Shown: positions 1-5,762 of the stretch, in pieces
Numbering within the stretch: position 1 is the first letter of the stretch
Layout of the letters: every line of letters starts with the position of its first letter
Assembly (NCBI GenBank): GCA_027031765.1
Contig: JALVPN010000102.1
Span: forward strand, 4,656 to 13,804
Origin: Promethearchaeota archaeon
Lineage (GTDB): Archaea; Asgardarchaeota; Thorarchaeia; Thorarchaeales; Thorarchaeaceae
DNA: 9,149 nt
Direction: 5' to 3'
The notes under the pieces: generated by a model
Told to the model about the DNA's origin: nothing
Seen by the model: the letters and a program-made list of their open reading frames with translations, nothing else
Databases searched by the model: none
Made by a program: the position numbers and the translations under genes

Positions 1-644
1 CTGTCGAGCAGGTCTTCCCTGACAACTACCAGGGTCACCCCTGCAGGGCCGAGGTTCTTCTGGACGCCTGCGTAGACCACACCAAAGCGCCTGACATCGA
101 CCACCTTGTCCATCAGGTTTGAGGACATGTCACAGACCAGGGGTACGTCGTCTGGCACATCCGGCCACTCGTGCCACTCGGTACCGTAGAGTGTGTTGTT
201 GCCGGTGATGTGCGCATACGCGGTGCCCTCGCTGAAGGTGACGTCCTTGGGGATGTACGTGAAGCCCTCGTCCTCGGACGACGCCACGACGCGCACCTCC
301 CCGTATAGGCGGGCCTCTTTGATAGCGTTGCTCGACCACCGCCCTGTGTTCACGTATTCCATCGCCTTCCCGGGTACCTGCAGGTTGAGCGGCACCATGA
401 AGAACTGAGAGGACGCACCGCCGGTCAGCCACAAGACCTTGTAGTCGTCTGGTACGCCCATGACCTCGTGGACAAGCTCGCTTGCCCTCTCAATCGTCCT
501 CTGCCACTCCTTGGACCTGTGCGATATCTCAAGGACCGACATCCCTGTCCCCTCAAAGTCGAGGAACTCGTCCCGTGCCCTTTCGAGTACGGGCAGCGGT
601 AGCGTGGCAGGTCCCGGATAGAAGTTGTACACTCGTTTTCCCAT
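1..644 (-). CDS. serC: Phosphoserine aminotransferase (PLP-dependent, class V), 3'-truncated by the window edge
   Basis: Manual translation from ATG at 644-642: MGKRVYNFYPGPATLP...EISHRS...LTGGASSQF...NTGRWS...NNTLYGTEW...DMSS...GVQKNLGPAGVTLVVVREDLLD. These are SerC signature segments, including the PLP-lysine motif QKNLGPAG. No stop before the edge. Absent from the ORF track because it is open-ended. Confidence 0.96.
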   Translation of the reverse strand, partial: MGKRVYNFYPGPATLPLPVLERARDEFLDFEGTGMSVLEISHRSKEWQRTIERASELVHEVMGVPDDYKVLWLTGGASSQFFMVPLNLQVPGKAMEYVNTGRWSSNAIKEARLYGEVRVVASSEDEGFTYIPKDVTFSEGTAYAHITGNNTLYGTEWHEWPDVPDDVPLVCDMSSNLMDKVVDVRRFGVVYAGVQKNLGPAGVTLVVVREDLLD

Positions 645-653
645 TTCGATGTC

Positions 654-659
654 CACCTC
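654..659 (-). promoter_or_regulatory. Ribosome-binding site of serC overlapping the DUF1015 stop codon
   Basis: Minus strand reads TGA-GGTGGACATCGAA-ATG. GAGGTG lies 9 nt before the serC ATG, and the gap between the two genes is 13 nt. Confidence 0.65.
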
Positions 660-1986
660 ACAGGACATTGATTGTGAAACCACTCCACACCTTCGGGTGG
701 AAGAACGTGCTCTTCTGAGGCATGCACTCGAAGTTGTTCGAGACCGCCTCGACCTCCTCGACTCGCGTCGGGTTCATGAAGAACACGGCCTGCGCGTCCC
801 CGTCCACAGATTTAATTGATTCCTCAACGGCATCGCCAATCCCCTTGATATACACCACGTAGCCACCTCCCCGCATCGTGCCCTGTGCCAGTTTTTCCTT
901 GTCAATCCCAAGGATCCGGTCAAGCACCAGTGTGTGGAGTATTGTCACGTCAAGGCGCCGGAACTCGGACGACCTGTCAGGCAGCGCCTCGTCCATCACG
1001 CTGACGTCCTTCAGCACAAGGCAGTAGAACTTGCCGTCCCCAACGTACAGCCCGAAGGCATGACCACCATTTTCGAACTGCTCCGACATGAGTGCGAACA
1101 TCCCGTCCTTCGTGTCGAACTCGTGCACGTCAAAGTGCTCCCTGACACCAGCGAGTAGCCGTGCTGCTGAGAAGTCGTCGAGGTTCTGGACGAGCCTGTG
1201 GGTCGGCAGGACGACGAGCCCGGGGTTCGATATGCTCACAAAGGCCACCATGCGGTACCTGGCCGACTCCAGGTCTGGACGCTCCTTCATGAGGGCGAGC
1301 GCAGTCTTGTACCTGTGGTGCCCGTCCGCGATTATGACATAACGTGAACTCATATGTCTGGTTATTGCCTCCTTGTCGCCGTCGTCTGTCACAGCCCAGA
1401 TCCTGTGACGGACACCGGTGTCATCAGTCACGTCAGCAATCGGGTCGCCCTCCATGTTCCGACGCAGCACGTCGTCAATCCCACCGTCATGGTCGGGGTA
1501 GATGACAAATATGAGGCCGAACTGTGCAAGGCACTCTCTGCTCAGGTTGAGCCTGTCCTGTATGTCCTTTGGCAGGGTCTCCTCATGCTGCAGGACGCCG
1601 GTGAAGGGCCCTTCTGCAGGCGCCTCGGTAGCAAAGTCCTCCAGCTCGATGAGTCCGATGAACCCGTAGCGGAAGTAGTCCTTGCCGTCGAGGGTGAAGT
1701 CCTGACCATAGACATAGAACGCCTCCTCCTCGTCCTGTTTGAGGACACCCTCCTCAATCCATTTCCTCAGGTAGTCCCGTGCACGTGTATACTGGTTGTT
1801 CTCACGTGTGTCATCATCGCGCGGTCTGTTCTTGATTATCCATGCGATGTTGTAGGGTGACTTGCCCTGGTACTCGTCCACCTTCGCACCCTTGATTATG
1901 TCGTAAGGGGGCGAGACGACCTTTGAGAGGTCTCCGACCTTGCTCTTGTCATACCGATACGCCCGGAACGGGATCACACGCACCAT
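658..1986 (-). CDS. DUF1015 family protein (ParB/sulfiredoxin-like fold, DGHHR motif), about 442 aa
   Basis: N-terminus MVRVIPFRAYRYDKSKVGDLSKVVSPPYDII, internal HEETLP, IADGHHRY (DGHHR at 1312-1326), VLPTHRLV and C-terminal MPQKSTFFHPK are typical of DUF1015. Start moved from 2064 to ATG 1986 because family similarity begins there and GGAGTGA (1992-1998) sits 5 nt upstream. Confidence 0.9.
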   Translation of the reverse strand: MVRVIPFRAYRYDKSKVGDLSKVVSPPYDIIKGAKVDEYQGKSPYNIAWIIKNRPRDDDTRENNQYTRARDYLRKWIEEGVLKQDEEEAFYVYGQDFTLDGKDYFRYGFIGLIELEDFATEAPAEGPFTGVLQHEETLPKDIQDRLNLSRECLAQFGLIFVIYPDHDGGIDDVLRRNMEGDPIADVTDDTGVRHRIWAVTDDGDKEAITRHMSSRYVIIADGHHRYKTALALMKERPDLESARYRMVAFVSISNPGLVVLPTHRLVQNLDDFSAARLLAGVREHFDVHEFDTKDGMFALMSEQFENGGHAFGLYVGDGKFYCLVLKDVSVMDEALPDRSSEFRRLDVTILHTLVLDRILGIDKEKLAQGTMRGGGYVVYIKGIGDAVEESIKSVDGDAQAVFFMNPTRVEEVEAVSNNFECMPQKSTFFHPKVWSGFTINVL

Positions 1987-2064
1987 TCTACTCACTCCAC
2001 ATTCCTGTCTTTCTTTCGGGTCACGTCGCGTCCGGTCGGCATTGCGACATAAGTGTTCTGCCAT

Positions 2065-2077
2065 GCACGGCCCGTGC
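2065..2077. repeat. Perfect 6-1-6 palindrome GCACGG-C-CCGTGC
   Basis: Read directly, in the divergent DUF1015/methyltransferase intergenic region. Confidence 0.9.
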
Positions 2078-2150
2078 CTGTTCCGGTCGGCAGCAGGCGG
2101 TCCTACGTGCCACTCCCTTCAACTCTGTCACGTGCTAGGGTGCAGTCTGG

Positions 2151-2162
2151 GCCGCCGGCGGC
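2151..2162. repeat. Perfect 12-bp palindrome GCCGCCGGCGGC inside an outer inverted repeat CACGTGC (2129-2135) / GCACGTG (2164-2170)
   Basis: Read directly from the sequence. Confidence 0.85.
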
Positions 2163-2251
2163 TGCACGTGTCACTGGCCTGCCACCCGTATGTATCTCGG
2201 GCCTGCCCGTGGGTACGTCTTTCCGGTTCTTCCACACGTAATGGACCAGTC

Positions 2252-2259
2252 TTTTAAGA
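2252..2259 (+). promoter_or_regulatory. Candidate archaeal TATA box (TTTTAAGA) for the methyltransferase
   Basis: AT-rich box in GC-rich DNA, about 30 nt upstream of ATG 2289, which fits archaeal TATA-to-start spacing. Confidence 0.55.
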
Positions 2260-2288
2260 TGCCACAGTAGATGGTTGCGGTGAGGACA

Positions 2289-3176
2289 ATGCCACTGCTT
2301 GCAGAGGTCACGAAGCCCCTCCGGATTGGTCATGTGCGCACATGTGACTGCAGGCCTAACCACATCAACTGCATGACAGCAAAGGACTGGATGAAGGCCC
2401 AGATTGCGGTGTGGGAGTTCTACTATGAGCGGCGGGACATCAGGGACAAGAGTGTCCACCCCGCAGTCTTTCCAATCGCGCTCCCAGCAAAGTGCATTGA
2501 GCTCTTCACTCATCGGGGCGAGCTGGTCCTTGACCCGTTCGTGGGGACTGGCACGACACTCTTGGCTGCAGAGGACCTGGGGCGCAACGCGGTGGGGTTT
2601 GACCTCAAGCAGGAGTACGTGCAACTTGCCAACTCACGCCTATCGGGCACAGGTACGGGTGGGGGCCCGGCACAGGTCGCGCTGTGCGATGACGCCCACA
2701 ACATCCCTGACTACTTGGAAGAAGAGACCATTTCACTGTGTATGACGTCACCACCATATGCGAACATGCTGAACCGGCCGAGACGGAACAAGAGTCTCCG
2801 GGGCGACCTGCGCAGGAACGAACACTACCTCACCGTGCAGCAGTACTCTGACGACCCGCGTGACCTTGGAACCATGGAGCCGCGGGAGTATGCGCGGGTG
2901 CTGGCCGAGATATATGCCGGAGTCCTGCCACTGCTGCGCGGACGGGCCCACTGTGTGATAAATGTTGCCGACTTCTGGTGGGAGAACAGGCGCGTGCCGG
3001 TACATATCCATGTTGTCGAGGCCCTGGAGGGTGTGGGGTACGAGCTCAGGAACATCATCATCTGGGACCGGAGGAACATCGTGAACCGCGCGGGGATTTT
3101 CGGGTGGCCGAGCAACTACATCGCCATGGGGACGACATTCGAGTACATCCTCGACTTCTGGAGGCCACCTTCGTAG
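2289..3176 (+). CDS. Site-specific DNA amino-methyltransferase (probably N4-cytosine), circularly permuted beta-like motif order, about 295 aa
   Basis: HPAVFPIALPAKCIELFT..GELVLDPFVGTGTT (SAM-binding motif I region) precedes the catalytic TSPPY (motif IV) and NIIIWD...EYILDFWR. Start at ATG 2289 is preferred over 2271 because of TATA spacing and GGTGAGG just upstream; 2271 remains possible. Confidence 0.88.
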   Translation: MPLLAEVTKPLRIGHVRTCDCRPNHINCMTAKDWMKAQIAVWEFYYERRDIRDKSVHPAVFPIALPAKCIELFTHRGELVLDPFVGTGTTLLAAEDLGRNAVGFDLKQEYVQLANSRLSGTGTGGGPAQVALCDDAHNIPDYLEEETISLCMTSPPYANMLNRPRRNKSLRGDLRRNEHYLTVQQYSDDPRDLGTMEPREYARVLAEIYAGVLPLLRGRAHCVINVADFWWENRRVPVHIHVVEALEGVGYELRNIIIWDRRNIVNRAGIFGWPSNYIAMGTTFEYILDFWRPPS

Positions 3177-3241
3177 TGTGCGTGGTCGCCGGGTGGCCCG
3201 CAGTGCTGGGACTACCCGCGAAGGCCCCCGTCATCTCCGTC

Positions 3242-3251
3242 AAACTTAAAT
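3242..3251 (+). promoter_or_regulatory. Candidate BRE/TATA element AAACTTAAAT
   Basis: AAA followed by CTTAAAT in GC-rich DNA, about 55 nt upstream of the TFS-like start codon. Confidence 0.55.
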
Positions 3252-3261
3252 CCGTTTCAAT

Positions 3262-3273
3262 TGCGTGCACGCA
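3262..3273. repeat. Perfect 12-bp palindrome TGCGTGCACGCA
   Basis: Read directly; lies between the TATA candidate and the expected transcription start. Confidence 0.9.
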
Positions 3274-3304
3274 GACCAATCCTGCATGAAGTGGGGTGCA
3301 GCAG

Positions 3305-3568
3305 TTGGAGTTCTGTCCTAAGTGTGGTGCGTTGATGCTTCCGAAGAGAGAGGAGGGCAAGGAGCCTGTCCTGCGCTGTCGCGAGTGTGGTTTTGAGAAG
3401 CCCATGGAGTCCAGTCCTGCCTATAAGGTCGAGTACAGGATCACACACTCTCCCCGTGAGAAGATTGTTGTCGTTGAGAGCGAAACTCCACAATCCGACG
3501 ACATGACCGAGGATGAACGACGTGAACGGCGGAAAGCCATCTTGGAACACTTCCGTCCGGAGGAATGA
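3305..3568 (+). CDS. TFS/RpoM (RPB9/RPC11/RPA12-like) paralogue with the N-terminal zinc ribbon only, about 87 aa
   Basis: MEFCPKCGALMLPK...LRCRECGFEK is the N-terminal C4 ribbon of TFS/RpoM, and HSPREKIVVVE is a TFS-type linker. There is no second CxxC ribbon and no QTRSADE hairpin. TTG 3305 has GGGGTG 6 nt upstream and gives the usual MEFCPKCG start; the track start is GTG 3296. Confidence 0.8.
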   Translation: MEFCPKCGALMLPKREEGKEPVLRCRECGFEKPMESSPAYKVEYRITHSPREKIVVVESETPQSDDMTEDERRERRKAILEHFRPEE

Positions 3569-3576
3569 CCCTCAGA

Positions 3577-3591
3577 ACAACCTTTAAGTTT
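3577..3591. promoter_or_regulatory. Candidate TATA element readable in both orientations (+ AACAACCTTTAAGT; - GGGAAACTTAAAG)
   Basis: AT-rich box in the 120-bp gap after the TFS-like gene, with BRE-like AA purines on both sides. Confidence 0.5.
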
Positions 3592-3647
3592 CCCCTCACA
3601 AGAATAGTACCTTGGACAGTATCTTGCCCGCTGATGCTGGTTTTAGA

Positions 3648-3660
3648 GTACTATTAGTAC
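3648..3660. repeat. Perfect 6-1-6 palindrome GTACTA-T-TAGTAC, with an extra inverted copy AATAGTAC at 3603-3610
   Basis: Read directly; immediately upstream of a TATAAC box (3664-3669). Confidence 0.9.
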
Positions 3661-3688
3661 GCCTATAACATGACTGGATGGAGATGCG

Positions 3689-4579
3689 TTGAACAAGCCA
3701 CGAGTTGACCTCCACTATGATGTTGTGAACCTGATCCTTCAGAAGGGGAGCGTTGCCGATAGGCTGAGGCTCATTGCCGCCGGCTTTGACAGGGCTGCGG
3801 ACTCCCTTGACGACGTACTGGCACACCTTGAACACCTGTTGAACCCTGATGGTGGCCTCCCATTTGCCCTCAGACCGGGCAACCCGAGCTCTGTCAAGGA
3901 AACGGCTGAGGTGCTTGCCCTGCTGGCACCGTTCAAGGAGCGCTGCCCCCAGCTCGTTGAGCGGATGGTGTCATTCTTGGTCTCGCGCCAGAAGGCCGAC
4001 GGCGGGTTCGCCGAGACCCTGAACCTCAACCCCTTGATTGAGGACCGCTGGGGCTCGACGACGGGACGTGAGTGGTACCCGGTAGGCAAGAGCATTACGT
4101 GGCTCACAGGAAAGGCACTTGAGGCCCTGTGTCTTGTCGGTTATGACGACATCGAACGGCTACGTCGTGCCAGGGACTTCCTAATGTACTCTCAGCACGA
4201 GGACGGTCACTGGCCAGACTACAAGGGCCAGGATGTGTCCGACCCGCTGGGTACCGGGAACATCCTGCCGGCACTCCGTGCAGTGGGCGTCAGGCCTGAC
4301 CACAAGGTCTACAGGAATGGTCGTGCTGCGATGCTACAGCACCTGAAGTCCGCTGTTGAGAACGGCTCCTATGCAGACATGGTGGACCTTGCGTCAGTAG
4401 GCCCACCCGAGGACGAACTGGAGAAGAATGTGATTGAACGTGGCATGGAACTCATAGTGGCCTCACAGAACAAGGACGGCGGGTGGTGCCAGCCCGGCAC
4501 GAGAAAGAGCGACCCTGAACTGAGTTCGATACTGGCCTTTATCCTGAAGAAGTGCTGTCACGAACAGCGCTCCGGGTGA
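3689..4579 (+). CDS. Prenyltransferase/squalene-cyclase repeat (alpha/alpha toroid) protein, 296 aa
   Basis: Four QW-like repeats, each following an amphipathic helix: LNPDGGL (aa 51-57), QKADGGF (101-107), QHEDGHW (169-175), QNKDGGW (260-266). TTG start with GGAG 5 nt upstream. Confidence 0.8.
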   Translation: MNKPRVDLHYDVVNLILQKGSVADRLRLIAAGFDRAADSLDDVLAHLEHLLNPDGGLPFALRPGNPSSVKETAEVLALLAPFKERCPQLVERMVSFLVSRQKADGGFAETLNLNPLIEDRWGSTTGREWYPVGKSITWLTGKALEALCLVGYDDIERLRRARDFLMYSQHEDGHWPDYKGQDVSDPLGTGNILPALRAVGVRPDHKVYRNGRAAMLQHLKSAVENGSYADMVDLASVGPPEDELEKNVIERGMELIVASQNKDGGWCQPGTRKSDPELSSILAFILKKCCHEQRSG

Positions 4580-4584
4580 CGGCC

Positions 4585-5091
4585 ATGGACGGGAGAAGGG
4601 TCGCGGTCATGGCCCGTGGCGGACTGTTTGCAGCAGCCGTGTTCACTGATGCAGGGGTCTACTCCACATCCCTTCCACGTCCCTCCAGGGAGGAGGCACT
4701 GGCTGCTGTGGGTGGTGACGGCCTGCCTGTGGTGGGTGGGTCGTGGCACACTAGGGTTCTGGAAGCAGTCATGGCCGCGTACAACGGCACACTGAGTGAG
4801 AACCCCCCGGCCGAGTGGTTCGACTTCTCTGGACTGACAGACAACCAGCGGCGGGTACTCCTGACACTGTTGCAGGTGCCCCGTGGCACCACCGTGACCT
4901 ATGGTGAGCTCGCCCGTATGGCCGGCCTGCCAGGTGCGGCCAGGTTCGTTGGGAATGTGATGGCCGCAAACAGGTATGCCCCTCTGATCCCATGTCACAG
5001 GGTGGTCGCTGTCAGGGGCCTCGGTGGATACGGCCTCGGCCTTGCCACAAAGCAAATGCTATTGCGGCGAGAACTCGTCATTGCGGACTGA
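4585..5091 (+). CDS. ogt: Methylated-DNA--protein-cysteine methyltransferase (O6-alkylguanine alkyltransferase), about 168 aa
   Basis: VPRGTTVTYGELA...AARFVG.VMAAN...IPCHRVV...LGGYG...KQMLLRRE, with active-site PCHR. ATG 4585 has GGGTGA 5 nt upstream, overlapping the previous stop; GTG 4576 is an alternative. Confidence 0.93.
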   Translation: MDGRRVAVMARGGLFAAAVFTDAGVYSTSLPRPSREEALAAVGGDGLPVVGGSWHTRVLEAVMAAYNGTLSENPPAEWFDFSGLTDNQRRVLLTLLQVPRGTTVTYGELARMAGLPGAARFVGNVMAANRYAPLIPCHRVVAVRGLGGYGLGLATKQMLLRRELVIAD

Positions 5092-5107
5092 TTTCTCAGC
5101 TCATTTA

Positions 5108-5120
5108 CATGTTGAACATG
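5108..5120. repeat. Perfect 6-1-6 palindrome CATGTT-G-AACATG
   Basis: Read directly; abuts a TTTA box (5104-5107) in the gap between ogt and the 155-aa gene. Confidence 0.9.
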
Positions 5121-5165
5121 CCATGTCCTGCTGGGTTACTCTCACTTGCAAGGTGTGACCAACCG

Positions 5166-5633
5166 ATGAACCTCAAGGTCCGAAGGAACGGCGAGATTGT
5201 AGAACTGCGCAAGGTGGAACTCGAACCGATAAGCCCGCCTCTGTACAGGACGGTGATTGGTTACAACTCTCTCAAGAGGCTCGGCTACTCCATAGCGTTC
5301 ATCCGGCCAAAGAAGAGCTCGAGTGGTGAGTTCGAGCGCATCCGCTACAGCTTCATCGAGCGCGGTGTCATGACCCGCCAGCTCGAGGAGCAGCTCCAGC
5401 CGGACATGAAGCGGGGCATCCTCAACCAGCTGCCACGTGGCAACTTCAGGATCGTCCTGCTGTTGACACAGATCCCACGACGGGGTGTCAACATCCGCCT
5501 TGACAAGTTCGAGTACGAGTTCCTCGGCTGCATGCTCCTCAAGGACTCCGAGGTCCTTGATGTGGTCATGAACTCGCAGCCAACACGTGAGATCCTGATG
5601 CCGACGTACGAGGACGTTGAGGTGCCCGCGTAG
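5166..5633 (+). CDS. Hypothetical protein, about 155 aa (MNLKVRRNGEIVELRK...YEDVEVPA)
   Basis: Very strong C/G third-position bias from ATG 5166 onward, with AGGTGTGA upstream. The track extension to 4992 overlaps ogt and lacks this bias. No family recognised. Confidence 0.8.
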   Translation: MNLKVRRNGEIVELRKVELEPISPPLYRTVIGYNSLKRLGYSIAFIRPKKSSSGEFERIRYSFIERGVMTRQLEEQLQPDMKRGILNQLPRGNFRIVLLLTQIPRRGVNIRLDKFEYEFLGCMLLKDSEVLDVVMNSQPTREILMPTYEDVEVPA

Positions 5634-5748
5634 TCGTTGCTGGGACACCTCACCCCCGGTGTCTGGGGCGCCATACCTAGCCCTACGGGCAACCCACATG
5701 TCCCGCCACACACGACCGGGTGACCGCAACAGTCATGGGGTTGTCCCT

Positions 5749-5761
5749 GTCACCGGGTGAC
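5749..5761. repeat. Perfect 6-1-6 palindrome GTCACC-G-GGTGAC; ACCGGGTGACC is directly repeated at 5715-5725 and 5752-5762
   Basis: Read directly; abuts the TATA candidate at 5763. Confidence 0.9.
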
Positions 5762-5762
5762 C

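Noticed and set aside
130-1860. Short track ORFs overlapping serC and DUF1015 (for example 130..432, 425..727, 1354..1860)
   Set aside because: They are alternative-frame or antisense shadows of well-supported genes.
1987-2064. 26-codon N-terminal extension of DUF1015 in the ORF track
   Set aside because: Family similarity and a good RBS (GGAGTGA) point to ATG 1986, and the extension covers the likely promoter and leader.
2023-2239. Six ACGT tetramers upstream of the methyltransferase as a possible target-site cluster
   Set aside because: ACGT is also frequent in the coding regions here (GAC-GTN codon pairs), so local enrichment is not convincing without a background count.
3242-3591. 9-bp inverted repeats as termini of a mobile element carrying the TFS-like gene
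   Set aside because: No target-site duplication (flanks CTCCGTC and CCCCTCA) and no transposase; the repeats are better explained as promoter boxes.
3640-3648. GTTTTAGAG, matching the start of type II-A CRISPR repeats
   Set aside because: Single copy, diverges immediately, and there are no spacers or cas genes.
4553-4579. C-terminal CC in KKCCHEQRSG as a prenylation signal
   Set aside because: The cysteines are too far from the C-terminus for CaaX, CC or CxC motifs.
4992-5165. 58-codon N-terminal extension of the 155-aa gene
   Set aside because: It overlaps ogt in another frame, lacks the codon bias and spans the promoter-like region.
5142-5729. 195-aa minus-strand ORF
   Set aside because: Antisense shadow of the strongly GC3-biased plus-strand gene, with no recognisable motifs.
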